Positions 1-31,733 of a stretch of 64,000 bases of DNA are shown here, piece after piece. Origin of the DNA: the human T2T-CHM13v2.0 reference genome, Homo sapiens; assembly GCF_009914755.1 (NCBI RefSeq), contig NC_060926.1; one strand, written 5' to 3'. A model generated the notes under the pieces. It was not told the origin of the DNA and ran no database searches. It saw only the letters and a program-made list of their open reading frames with translations. Numbering within the stretch: the first letter of the stretch is position 1; every line of letters begins with the position of its first letter. A program made the position numbers and the translations under genes.

Positions 1-1
1 A

Positions 2-5154
<5,153 letters not shown>

Positions 5155-5397
5155 GGCCTGGCTTCCTCAGCCTCTTCTCTTTAGGCCCAGCTGCTGGGCA
5201 AGGAATTCCAGTGCCTCCTACGGGGGCAGCACACTTAGATATTCCTGGACATCCAGATAGCTCACATGTGCTGACCACACTTCAGGCTCTGGACTGGAGC
5301 TCTCTGGCATGGGGGTGGGGCCTCAGATGCTGGGGCCCAGTCTGCCCCATCTTCATTCCTGCACCTTAAACCTGTACAGTCATTTTTCTACTGACTT

Positions 5398-5403
5398 AAT
5401 AAA
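5398..5403 (+). terminator. CAD: CAD polyadenylation signal AATAAA
   Basis: AATAAA about 245 nt after the stop, with GT-rich sequence downstream. Confidence 0.85.
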
Positions 5404-6436
5404 CAGCCGAGCTGTCCCTTGATGCTGAGTGTAGTAGAACAGAGCTTTCTTTTAGAAAATTGAGCAGATTCCCAAATTATAAGAGCAGCCTCACCAGGCA
5501 GGGCTCTGGCTAGGGCTGCGTGCCCACACTCGGCATTTTCACACTCGTGACTCTTTGGGACTCGGCAGGAGCGTGTTAACTCTGTGCTCTCTGAGTCCTG
5601 TGTCGTGCTGATGCCAGCGCTTACCTGGGGGCTCTGGCTGGTGTCCAGCCCTCCTTCCTCAATTCAGTTGACTCAAAGACCTGACAGAGAGTTCTGCCCT
5701 CTTCCTGACACTGGGAGAACACTCATCAGGGTAAAAGGAAGGCTGAGCACTGCGGCCTGTCTGAGGCCAGGCCTGGACTCTTCCTCACTCTTTCTGGTTA
5801 GTCCTCCTCCAGTGGCTAAGGCTGCCATTGCATTCTCAAAACCACCCTGGAGTTCTTCAGCCACTGTCACTATTAGGAGCCCCTCCTATTTCCCATCCCT
5901 GGGAGCCTCTGCCTGACATTGGACAGAGGGGCAGATGCCATGGAGGGCTGAGGAGCACTTTGGCTTGGAGACCCCAGGGCAGCAGCCTAAGGGCAGTAGC
6001 TTATGTGTCTGTGGGTGAGGGCTTCTGAGGAGCAGCTGTGCCCTCCAGTGAACTTGAGTAGCATTGGAGAAATCTCATTTCTTGTTCCAACAAAACTTAG
6101 CACTCTGTGGGTACAAAGCACCATGTGCAGTGGGAGTACAAGGAAGAACAAGGCAATTCTCACCCTCAGTTTTCAGCCTCGGGTCATAAGGCTTCCAGTG
6201 GCTTCTACAGATTAAACTGCTGCACACTGGCACATGATAGTGCAAACTGCTCTGACACCATTCAGGAATCACCTACTTCATCCAGAGAGTAACAGCGTAT
6301 TCTAGAGATGAGAAAAGGAGAAGGACCTCGTTTTTTGAGAACTTAGTGTGAACAGGAACTTGATGTGTATTCTCATTTCTCACACCAGCCTTCCACCCAT
6401 TTCACAGATGTGGACACTGGCTCAGAGAAGTGGTGG

Positions 6437-6812
<376 letters not shown>

Positions 6813-7639
6813 TCATTTCTGGCTTTAAGGGCATCCAAAAACCAGTGGGAAAGACAAGCCACAAATCTAAGCAGTCCTGTAGGGAACCAGTTTCCAGAAG
6901 AGGTCAGCACAGATACGGAGTCGGAGAACCCTGTGCCGTGGGGTGTGAGCTGTGTCGTGAGGAAGGACGAAGAGTCTCCTTTACAGTACAGTTCGAGAGG
7001 AATGGAAATTGTGTCTGCGGTACAGTGAGGAGACACTGAACGCAGCAGGAGATTCCTACTGAGTATTGTGAGGGTTGAGAGTCTGACGGACCAGAACAGG
7101 GGGCTTGGATGTCAATTCCAACAAAAATATTAATTTACAACCACAGGTACTATTTGAAGGAGGGTATTAAGTATAATGCTAAGTCCTAGAGTGTGGAGGC
7201 CTCCAGTCCTGCTAATGTTAACCCTTTCCAGTCTTTCCAAACCCAGATTCCTGCCTGACAAGGTCTCCCTCAGGTACCTGGAGGACTTTATTGGTTGGAA
7301 AATAGAGTACCATTTCCAGAACTCTTCTTTTTCTTTCTAGAGACTCCATTTCCTTGCTTAAACTCTTAGAACAAGTCAGAGATTATTTTCCCAATTGTAC
7401 TCATGAGTACTTGGGACTCGCACACAGATTCCCACAGAACTTGGATAGCCTCACCCTCAAGTAGAAGCAGTGTTTTCTGCCAAGTAGCGGACGCATTTTA
7501 CTTAGTTGCTAAGTGGTGGGAGATGTTCCTGTCCTGAGCCTTTCTTTGGCTCTCCTAATCATAGCTCAGCTCTGAGTTGAATAAAGTTTTTTCCCGTATG
7601 ACCAGAAAGTAAATCTCATTATACTGGGAAACAAAATGA

Positions 7640-7982
<343 letters not shown>

Positions 7983-8431
7983 AAATTAGCCCTTTAATAC
8001 AATACCTTTGGGCCTGTTCCACATCCACTGAGAAACAACTTCATATCTGCCATGTAATTGTCATGAAGCATAAAAAGTTAGTTTGCTTCCTGAGGTACTT
8101 AAGAGGTTTGATCTATTTCTTCTATAAGAAACATTTATATGCCAAGCACTGTTCTAAGCGCTTTACAGATACATCCCTTTGACACTTGGATGAATCCTTT
8201 GACTCTATCCCCCACCTTGAAAGAAGTGTGGCTAACGTTGGGTTGCTATTACAGCCATTTTCTCCCACCTCTTCACTGTCCACCCTAGTGAAGGAGACAT
8301 CCCCCTCAACATAGGTAGTCCACCGGGAGCTTTGTCAGCTGCACTCTAGTCCTGGCCCTTACAACTAACTACCTGCAACCATGGCAAGTCAGTATGCCTG
8401 TGGGCTTTTATTTTTTATACTAAAATTTTGT

Positions 8432-9170
8432 TTTTGAGACAGGGTCTCATTCTGTCACCCAGGCTGGAGTGCAGTGGCACGATCTCAGCTCACTGCAGCC
8501 TTGACCTCATGGGCTCAAGTGATCCTCCCACTTAAGCCTCCCAAGGAGGTGGGACCACCATGGCCATACCACCATGCCCGGCTAATTTTTTGTGTTTTTT
8601 TTGTAGAGATGGGGTTTTGCCATGTCGTCCAGGCTGGTCTCAAACTCCTGGAGTCAAGTTATCCTCCCCACTCAGCCTCCAGAATAGCTGGGACCACAGG
8701 CACATGCCACCACACCTGGCTAATTTTTGTTCTTGTTTTGTTTTATAGAGATGGGGATTCGCCATGTTGCCCAGGCTGGCCTATTACTTTTTTTTTTTTT
8801 TTTTTTTTTTTTTGAGACGGAGTCTTGCTCTGTTGCCCAGGCTGGAGTGCAGTGGCGCGATCTTGGCTCACCGCAAGCTCCGCCTCCCGGGTTCACGCCA
8901 TTCTCCTGCCTCAGCCTCTCCGAGTAGCTGGGACTACAGGCACCTGCCACCACGCCCGGCTAATTTTTTGTATTTTTAGTAGAGATGGGGTTTCACCGTG
9001 GTCTCGATCTCCTGACCTCGTGATCCGCCCGCCTCAGCCTCCCAAAGTGCTGGGATTACAAGCATGAGCCACCGCGCCCGGCCAGGCTGGTCTATTCCTG
9101 GGCTCAAGTGATCCTCCTGCATCAGCCTCCTAAAGTGCTGGGATTACAGCCATGAGCCACCATGCCCAAC
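8432..9170 (-). mobile_element. Old antisense Alu composite interrupted by a younger AluY-like element (about 8788-9083)
   Basis: poly-T, gcaagctccgcctcccgggttcacgccattc (AluY diagnostic); flanking aggctgg(c/t)ctatt duplication. Confidence 0.85.
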
Positions 9171-9299
9171 CCACCTATAGGCTTTAAAAGGGTAGTTGGC
9201 AATTCCCAGTGTAAAATTGCAAAGTGTCTGTAGTTCTGCAGTAATATCCCCTGGGACAATGAGGGGGCATTGGCTGGTGGAGGTGAGGAGCAGAGAATG

Positions 9300-9800
9300 A
9301 GGGCCAGGATGGGATGAGTGCTTAATGGAAGACTCGTCTGGCAACAGTGCCTAGAAGAGAGAAAGGAGCCATTTCACCATCAGGACGCCAATTAGGAAGT
9401 TGTTGCAGTAAATACAGATCATGGGTGAAGAGGTTCTAGATTCAGAGATAGGAATAGATGTTATAACACTGAGGAGAGAGGAGAGTGAAGAATGACTGCA
9501 CAGTGTGGGACCTCAAGACTGGAAGAAAGAAGACTGATGAAGGTAGACCAGATAGCCAGTTTGGGGTAGGGGAGGGCTGATTCCATTTGGGCATGATACC
9601 TAGCTGCCGTGGGCCATCTATATGGAGATGTCATGGAGGTAATGGAGCTGGGGAGTTGGAGCAAGCACAATAGAGACAGGTGGCATTTATATGTGACAAC
9701 ACAAGTGCCATGAGAGCAGGGACTTTACTCACTGATGTATCCCAAACACCAGAACAGGGTTGAGCACATAGTAGGTGCTCAGTAAATGTGTTGACTGAAG
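9300..9800. mobile_element. L2 fragments
   Basis: gcacatagtaggtgctcagtaaatgtgttgactgaa L2 3' end plus degenerate L2-like sequence. Confidence 0.55.
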
Positions 9801-10325
9801 CATCAACATAAAGGTAATTGAAGCTTTTAAAATATGCATATTTGTTCACCAAGAGAATAGCGGCAAGCCTCAATTTCAGCAAGGGCCGCAGGAGAACTCA
9901 GGAGAAAGCCCTCAAGAGGCCCAGAATTCCAAGTGTGTGAGGGACGGGAGACGTATTGGCAGATTCAAATCCTGTAGCAGGCCAAAGAGAAGGAAATTTG
10001 AGGCAAGGACCTTGTCACAATAGTTGTTAGGCTGATGCTTTGTGGTGGTAACCAGGTTTCACGAGGTTACTGAGGGACTGGTTTAGAAGCTGAGGTCATT
10101 TACCAAGTGGCAAGGAAAAAAATGGGTGTTGAGATTGGGAGCTCAAAGGCTTTAGAGAAGGTCAGGGAAGCTGTGATGAATCCGCAGGAGATTAATAGAG
10201 TCACAAGCAGGACTCAAGGGGAAGCTAAACACTGAATTTGTGGTGGGGCTGGGGGAAGCCATGTCCAGGGCAGGGGCGTAGAAGGGCTTGCACTCCCTGG
10301 AGGACCCAAGAAATAGAAATGAGCT

Positions 10326-10680
<355 letters not shown>

Positions 10681-11498
10681 CTACCATCAGATACAGATTT
10701 ATACCTCGGGAATCAGCATGTATGAAACCTGCTTGTTGGCCCATTGGTAGGAGCTGGGGATTAGAGGATATTTTATGGACTTTGCATTGGCCTGACGTTT
10801 ATCTGTTCACCATCCTTCCACCCATTCCTTCCATCACCAGCAGTCATACTGAGCATGTACTTGGTGTCTGGCTGTGAGCTAAGTGCTGGGGGAGCATGCC
10901 TTCCTTCAAGGAGTGTGCCGTCAGTAGGCCACTCACCGTTTTACTGTGTCTCCCAGCAGTCCTGTGTGACCACGTCCTGGTCCAGCAGGATGGGGGAAAG
11001 CAGGGAGGCCATGCTTGGGCAGACTCCGTGGTCAGGAAAAAGCAAGTTTGTTGTTGTAGGGTCTGAACCCTGCTTATTTTGGTAAGCTTTCTTATCTTTT
11101 TAATATTCTGGGTTCAGTTCCCTTCTATTTCTCCCCAGGCTTTTGGCTACAGTCCTTTAAAAATTTATAGCCATCGTTGTTGAGCCAAAGCAAACAAAAG
11201 AATGGAATCGGAGGTTAAGGCTGTTTGGGTCGTGTCCTCTGAGTGAGCTTCTCCAGGTCTGGGCTTCTTCCTGTCCCCAGGATGCTGTAGCCAGAGAGCA
11301 GATGAGGGGGTCTGGGGTACCACACGGGGAATGGCAAGAGCAGAGAAAGGCTAGGACCAGGGCTGAAGGAGGGAGGCACAGGCTCTGACAACCCGGGCCT
11401 TCCTGCCTACCCACTCTCCCCACGTTCTTTCTCTTGCCAGTTAAGGAAACGGGGCCTGCTTTGTGTATGGGATTGCTGGTGATCACAGCTGCATCTGG

Positions 11499-11616
11499 GG
11501 GTGTGGTGGTATACACGTGGAGTCCCAGCTGCTCAGGAAGCCGAGGCAGGAGGATTGCTTGAGCCCAGGAGTTTGAGGCTAGCCTGGGCAGCATAGCAAG
11601 ACCCCATCTCAAAAAA
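11499..11616 (+). mobile_element. Alu monomer (FLAM-like) with 17-bp target-site duplication cacagctgcatctgggg
   Basis: monomer flanked by identical cacagctgcatctgggg at about 11484 and 11630. Confidence 0.8.
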
Positions 11617-14187
11617 GGAAAAAGCCCCCACACAGCTGCATCTGGGGCCTCAGGCTTTGCCCTGTTGGGGCCTGGGAACTGCCCCTCCAAGCACCCCTTG
11701 GAAGGTACTGACCAGGTACTGACGAGGTGTCCCTGGGACTTAAGCCAGGGACAGGGAGGCCCTGGGAACTGCCAGAGTTGGGGGAAGGGAGGTTGGAGAG
11801 TTAAGAAAGAGTACTCCAACTATAAAAGGAACACCCTGACTACAGTTCTCCACAGTGAGGGTCTCTGCCTGGCGGAGGGGAAAAGGGTCTTCCCGTCCTG
11901 ACCCCAGTCCTGAGACTCCCTGCAAAGACTTCCGGCTGCCTCTGCCGCTGCGGTGGCGTATGCCCCAGTTGGGGGCGCTGCTCCCCAGCCAGCCGGGCTC
12001 TAGGAAGCGGGAGGGCCAAATGCCTCCTTTAAGCCGGCTGCACCGGGGCCCTGACCGGGCGGGAGGGCTGCTGGAGGGTGGTGCTTATCACCCGGGCTTC
12101 CTCTTGACCCTGCCGGCTGGGCCCTGGGCCTTGGCCTTCGCCTCTTAAACGTGGTGCAGGACTCACCCTGGGCCACCCCCAGGTGGGCAGCCTTGGGAGA
12201 AGGGCAGGACCTGCCCATGTGCCCATGCTCCTCCGCCCAGTCACTGCAGCACGAAGCCTCTCAGGTCCGCACCCTGCATTCTGGCCCTTTGATCTCCAGT
12301 TTCTCCTTTGAATAGCCCTGCAGCTCTCAGCAGGGAAACCCGGCCTGCCTCTCTCTCCCTCCACTCTCCATTTCACCCCTTTCCTGGCTGTCCCTCTTCT
12401 CTGGTTCCTCTCTGACCCAAAAGCCCACCCCTCCCCTAGTTAATCAGCTGTGTAAAGAGCTGGGGCTGGGCTGAGGGATGGGCCCTCCCCCACCTGCGTT
12501 GCTCTCCCCTGCCTTCCCCTCACCCCTCCCAGGCCCAGTCCCTTCCCCTCGACTCTCCCTCCTCCATCTATCATCAAGGAAGGGCACCCAGGGGAAAGGG
12601 ACTTCTGGATAAGCGAGTGGAGAAGGAGGATAGGAGGATAATGGGGGAGTGCAGGCAGCTCTGCAGATAAGGATTTCCTGGGCTCCCGGGGATGGTGGCC
12701 CAGTGTGAAGGTGGGAGAATGCTCCAGAGACCTGTCTCCTCATCCTCCCGATGCCCGAAGGTGAGTGGAAAGGCAGGATGGCATAGAGAGAGGGCTGGGG
12801 ACGTCCAGGGGCCAGAACTCAGAACCGAGTGGAACCAGCTGCACGACCATGGGCAGGTGAGCCTGCTTCTCCATCTGTCAGGTGCACAGGATACTGTCCG
12901 CACCACAGTGCCTTGCACAAAATAAGCTCAATGACTGCTGCTTCCTGTCCCTGCTGTCAGGGTGCCGGGCCACTCTCTTCTCCTGAAATCTCTCCCCTGC
13001 ATCCTGGGTTCAACCCAAAAGCTAACTCTTATATACACCTTCTATATACCAGGCACATTCACACCCATGATATCATGTAATCACTATTTTATAATTGAGA
13101 AAGCTGAGACGCAGAGAGGTTAACTGTGACTAGAATAATAGTAAAGGCAGAGCAGAACCAGAGGGTCTGACCCCAGAGCCCCAGGACGGGAGTGCCAGCG
13201 GCAGCAGGCTGCTGGAAGGGCTGAGGAAAGATTTGCTGAGAAACTCAACTAGGCAAGAGCTTCAAAGGGGCCTGGAGTGGGAATGAGAGCCTGGGCATGT
13301 GCTGGCTGACCCTGGGGAAGTCTTTTTCCCTCCCTGAGTCTCCTCCTTCTATGGGCAGAAGATGGACTGGATGCTTGGTGAAGGCATTCACCTGCCCTGA
13401 GCATTCCCCTGCAAAGGGACCCAGCATCGCACAGATAGGACAGGCTGTGGCTTAAAGCATTTCATAGGGTGAAAATCGAGTCCTCCTGTTCCCCACCCTC
13501 CTTCCCTCTCCTCGATTTCCTCACTCTTCCCCACCCCCATCCTGTCACCTGGGGCCTATAATCAATGAGACGTAAAATGAGAAAGTATCAGGAACCAGCA
13601 AAGCATGGCGAGCAGCTGGGGCGGCCTTGCCGCCGGGCATGATGGACTGCCAGCCCTTCGCTTCGCCAGCCTCCCACACCCTGACGTGGGCAGTGGCGTC
13701 TCACCCAGCCTGGGCTAAGGCTCCCAGCTGGACATCAGGGAGGGGGCTACCTCTGATGAGTCCAAAAGCCTCACCTTTAAAAAGGAATGAAATCTATGGT
13801 CTTGACATGGAAAGATGAGTCTAGGCTGCATGGTTGAGTCATAAACACAGGTAACACGATCTCACCTATAAGATGACCCCATTTTTGTTATTATGTAGAA
13901 ATACTGACCCCATACTAGGATTAGCAGTTTTCTCGGAAAGTAAGATTACAGGGGAAACATTCACTTTCTACTTTATATACTTTTCCTTTGTTGTACCCTT
14001 AAAACAAGTATATATTGCTTTTATAGTAAAAATAATCTGATAATAAAGATATTTCTATTATGAGGAAGGCTCACAGAAATATGCATGCGCTATTGAAAAT
14101 GCTCAACGTCCTTGCTTTGGGCTGGGATTTTATCAACATGGTGGGAAGGCCTGAAGCACTAGATCTAAAATCAAAGCACAGAGTCTA

Positions 14188-15610
<1,423 letters not shown>

Positions 15611-16233
15611 TTGAGTTTGATTTTTTTTAAAGAGAAAATCAACAATCCCTTAATGAGCCTGATTTTAAGACTTAATGTGTCAAAATATGCAGTTCTTAAG
15701 ACAAAGGGGGAATAGGTGTAAAAGAGGTCCTTGGTGTTCACAGCCTAAACCTGGACTCAGGGTTGGCTGCTATCAGGGTTGAGGGGTCCCTACCGCTGGA
15801 CACCTTAGATGGCCTGAGAACCAAGCCCACATCAGTGCTATGGTCTAGCCATTCTCCCTCAAAGGGACCCAGCCTCCCTCCAGCCAGCCTGAGGCCCACT
15901 GGCATGCAGGGACCTCTGAGAACGACTGACTCCCAGGGATTCCTTGGCTCCTTACCTTCCAGCATTCTCCTGCAACCAAGCCCAGGGCACATGGGACTGT
16001 CCCTGAGCCAAGGACCCAGGCATGCTGTGAGCCAGGGGAAGGGGAGTAAAGAGACTGGTGGCTTTTACCCTCCATCTGAGGGTGGAGGGGCTGGGAAGGG
16101 ACAGGAGGTCTGTGGGAGGTCACTCCAGAGGCTGGGAAGGGACAGGAGGGATTCTGTTGTTCTCAAGTGACCTATTTGACTTCCCCCTCCTGAGGAGTCA
16201 GCACACAGGCTGAAAGATGCAGTGAGACACAAG

Positions 16234-16239
16234 TTTATT
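16234..16239 (-). terminator. SLC30A3: SLC30A3 polyadenylation signal AATAAA
   Basis: TTTATT on + strand about 715 nt past the stop codon. Confidence 0.85.
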
Positions 16240-16404
16240 GGTGGAGCTGCAGCGGAGTCCTCCCTCTTTCAGGGATAGCCAAGGGCACAGCACCAACAGA
16301 GGGATGGAGAGATAGACCCCCAAACAGACACATGGATGGAGCAGACTCATAGAAACCATAGCACAGCCACATAGGCACAGAGACACACAGGCCACAGCAC
16401 CAAG

Positions 16405-16405
<1 letters not shown>

Positions 16406-16442
<37 letters not shown>
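16406..16442. repeat. (AC)18 microsatellite in the SLC30A3 3' UTR
   Basis: direct read. Confidence 0.95.
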
Positions 16443-16446
<4 letters not shown>

Positions 16447-16953
16447 AAACCACAGGGCTAAGACACACGGACAAAGTGCGGGCTTTGGGGCCCCTGCATA
16501 GACAGAGCGAGGGCCATGTGGGGAGGGGGCCCCTACTGACCTCCCCCAGGCATAGGCACACCAACAGCACATAGACAGGCAGATGCCCCCAGCCAGCCAG
16601 CCTGCCACACAGACAAATGGACTGCAGGGAAAGGATGTTCGTGGCTCCACATGAACCATGGGGAGATGGCACCACAGGCCTTCAACACACCCTGCCACAC
16701 TGAGGCCTGGGAGTCCCCGCCCCTGAACTAGTCACATCTATTCCCCTGACTCCCACCCCACTCCCCGCCACACTTTGGTCTTGCCCACTGGGGCTGGGGC
16801 TGGGGCTGAGGCTGGGGAAACTGGCAGGTGGTAGGAGGGAGAGAGGAAGGGGTATGGACCTGGCTCGGTCCCGTCTCTGTGATCAGGGCAGCAGATGCTG
16901 AGAGTCTGGGGCTGAGCCTCGGCCTGGCAGTGGGGTGAGGGCAGGGCCATGGC

Positions 16954-24548
<7,595 letters not shown>

Positions 24549-26049
24549 GTTCCCGGTGCCCCGACCGTCTAGGCCCCACCGAGGAAGAGAGAGGCCGGGC
24601 CGGCCCCGCGCCAAGTCCGAGCAGCCCGCCGACCCCCGGGATCCCCGCAGGGCGGCGGGGCCACCAGAGTGGAGCGAACTGCAGCGACTGTGGCGCGCGG
24701 AGTCCGAACTGCAGATCCCGCTGCCGCCGGAGCCCCGCCCCGCGTGGGGCGAGCTCCCCAAGCTCCGCCTCCAGGCTCCCCGGCCTCTCCCCACCCTTAA
24801 GCCCCGCCCCCACTGCCAAAGCCCCATTTCCCCGCGCCAGAGCCCGGGAGCGCCCCGCCACCCGAGTTCTGGAGAACTCCTCATCTCCACAGCCCCGTCC
24901 CCCAGGCGAGCTAGCCCCACCTCTGCACACAGTCCCGCCCACCGGTTCCAAGCCTCGCTCCTGAAGCCCAAGAACCTCACGACCAACCTTCGCCCAACGA
25001 CCACCACTCTGTGCATGCCTGCGCGGGGGTGTCGCCCACCACGCCGTCACCCTGTGGCCGCAACCCTCACGCGGAGGCAGAAACAGGAGCGGACCCATTA
25101 CCTATCTCCAGAGAACCAGAAAGAACATGAGGTGAGCGGTGACACAGGGAGATTCCAGGGACTCCAGAAACCCCTTTACGGAGAATCTGGGGTCGGAATT
25201 CACGAGCCCAGTCTGCTGCCAATCACTGTACCGCGAATGATCATTTATTTTTATACAGAAACATTGGGTGACAAGCTTCCTGCTCTCCTTCAACCCACTG
25301 TTATCCCTGCTTTTCAAATGAGTAAACTGAGACCCAGAGGAAGAAGAGTCCAAGGTCATGCAGGCTGTGAATAAAGGGCCCGGCCTGGACCCCCATCCTC
25401 TTTCCCTCCCCGGCTCTGGACGCCGCACTGGCAACTGGAGAGCGCTCACAGTTCTCTTACGGGCGGGGGTCCAGTGAAGTCGAGCCGCCTATCTGGTGTC
25501 ACGGCCACTGTTTATGGAGAGGGGCTGAGGGGCAGCGGGGCAGCGTGTCAGCTAGTGATTCCCATCCTCCACACCTGCAGCGCCCTCCTGGACATTACCG
25601 CATTCTGCCTCATTTGGGGGAAACTAAAACCCAGGGGAGGGAGCGACTTACAGCAAAGTCGGTGGCCGAGCCTCAAGTCGAAGCTTCAAATGCTCAATGT
25701 TCTCTCCCCTCGCACCTGCCGCCACTGTAGAATGGGAGGGGGTGGGAAGAGGATTGTGCACTCGAAGCTGTGACAGTCTGTGAAGAGGAGGGTCCGTAGG
25801 AGGAGGGGAGCGAGTGAGCAGGGATGGGGAAGCGTGGAGGGTGGGAATGGTTAGTGAGCCCAGGCAAGAAACTCATCAGCCGCATCCTTCAGAACACACT
25901 GGGCGTCCTGAACTTAGGCTTCTGGGGACAGACACCTACCCTCGATATTGTTATTCCAACGAGCCCAAGAGTGCACTTGCAAAAAAACAAAACAAAACAA
26001 AACAAAAACGGGAGCACGTGCCAGATACAGTGGTTGGAAGTGATGGGGT

Positions 26050-27020
26050 TAACCCGGGAGAGCTTCGCGGAGGAGGTGAGGCTTAAACGGATTAGGAAAG
26101 CTGGGCGGCGGGCTGGCTGTTCCGGCGGGGGAGAGTGTGGCTTGGCCCGTGCCAAGGTGTGCGGGCGGCGCGTGCGAAGGGACTGTCCTGCGCCGCTGCT
26201 GCAGAGCGGCACGGGAGAGCCACAGGGGCTGCGCGCGCCCTCCGCGCCGTCCCCACCCCCGGCTGCGCCAGCCTCTCCTCCGCGCCAGCCCCCAGCCTCC
26301 CCAGTCCAAAGCCCATGAGGGGTGAGGGGGTAAGGGAGCGAGGGGGTCGTTCTCCCTCTAACCTCCCTTTAAGGCGCGGGACTTGACGGACCTCTGTTTC
26401 TCCTCGGGTCACAGGGAAGCAAATTGAGGCGGCGAGAGCAGGAAACCACCGGCCAAGTTCACCTTTTCGGGCTACTTATCAGAGCCAAGGTGGAACCCAA
26501 GTCCCTGCTTAGCTATGCCAGGGCTCTGGGTACGTCGGGCCCGGCGCCGTCGGTTTTCTAAGCGTCGCACCCATCCTAGGGCTCTCCCCAATTCTGAGAA
26601 CCCTGGAGCTGGGATGCGCAGCGGCCACCGCGCACTCCGCGGCTCGGATGCGGCAGCCTGGCCCGTAGTGACCCTGGCGGGTGAGCTCGAGAATGGGGAG
26701 AAACTGCGGGGTCCTATGCGGGGAAAGGGATTCTTGGCACGGCTCAGCCGATGACGACAACAGGGGACATAACAACAATGGCTTCCTCCGGGATTTCCCT
26801 TCCCGGGCAGCCCGCGCGGCCAGCAGCACCGAGTGCCAGGAGGGGGCGCAGACGCCCTCACGTGCCCTGCCCGCCCCTGCCGGGAGCCACCAGGCGGGGA
26901 AGGCAGAGGCGCCTCGCAGCGCGTGGCCAAACGTGCCGCCTCCAGAAACCGAGGGCGCCGGCGGTGGGAATACCAACCTTCACTTGAAAATTTATGTAAG
27001 GAAAGCTTGGCGGCGAAACA
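26050..27020. promoter_or_regulatory. Second CpG island upstream of SLC30A3
   Basis: dense CpG (gcgcgcgcc, cggcgccgtcgg). Confidence 0.75.
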
Positions 27021-27699
27021 GGATGCTTCCACCTGTTCCTCAAAGAGCTATCAAATGGCCCTGTGAACATCTTTGCAAAGGGTCCTCGCGAATGCCAGGC
27101 CTCAAGTGCGATTCTCTGCACTGAGGTCAGGATTTAATCTGGGCTGGAGATTTCAGGCAAATTTTAAAATGTAAGCATGTGGACAAGAGTTAACACCTGA
27201 CAAGTCCAAGCCAAGCTGAAGAGCATGGACAGAGGAGGCAACCTGGAGGTCCAACTTCTACTCCATGCTCCACTCAGATGTCACCTCCAGGAAGCCTTTC
27301 CTGACTTCTCCCAGACTGGGTATGTGTCCCTCCCTGCTTCTCTCAAGGCTCACACTGTGCTTATCTGATCCCAGCACTCACCTCATGGTGATGAAGTCCT
27401 TTGCTTGTCTGTCTCCCTGCTACAGGGCAAGCTCCCTGAAGGCAGGAATTGTTTCTTTCTCATCTGTGTCCCCAAACCCCACTAATGGCTGCCACACTGT
27501 CCTCAATTAAGCCATCCCAGAAAGGAGGAGCTAGTTGAGTGGAAGCAGGATGGAGGAGGTAGGATTTTAGCTGGTCACAGGGAGAATGAGGGAGGGCAAC
27601 AGCTTAAATGTCACTGCCTCGGGGAGGCCTTCTCTGGCCCCCACACTAAGTTAATTCTCATGTCATACACTCTCATCGCACAATACTTTTTCTGTTTTG

Positions 27700-27865
27700 T
27701 TCTTTTTTTTTTTTTTTTGGAAACAGGGTCTCACTCTGTTGCTCAGGCTGGAGTGCAGTGGTACAAACATGGCTCACCACAGCCTCGACCTCCTGGACTC
27801 AAGTGATCCTCCTGCCTCAGCCTCCCAAAGTGCTGGGACTACAGGTGTGAGCCACCATGCTGGGT
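27700..27865 (-). mobile_element. Alu monomer (FLAM/AluJ fragment)
   Basis: poly-T plus Alu arm. Confidence 0.8.
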
Positions 27866-27939
27866 CAACACACTGTTTATTTCTTTCAGCACTGATCATA
27901 CTGTAACTAAATTGTTACTTGGGAATTATTTGTTTCATC

Positions 27940-29860
<1,921 letters not shown>

Positions 29861-30112
29861 GTCTTAATGAACTCTGTCTCCCATATTAGGCTCTAATCTA
29901 TGAGGGAAGAAAAAGAGTTTGACCACTTATCATTGTATCCAAGGTACTAGGCATATATCAGTGCTTGGTTGATATTTGTTGAGTAAGTGAATTGATTAAG
30001 GAAAAGAACAGTTTATGTGGAGAAATGGTGTGACAGCAATGGTACAGAGGTGAAGAAAAACAGAAATATTTAGTGCGGAGACCTGTTTGATTGCTGTGAA
30101 AGGTTCACTTTA

Positions 30113-31733
<1,621 letters not shown>

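Noticed and set aside
16393-16413. REST/NRSE-like cagcacc half-site near SLC30A3
   Set aside because: Second half (GGACAG) is absent; chance match in CA-rich sequence
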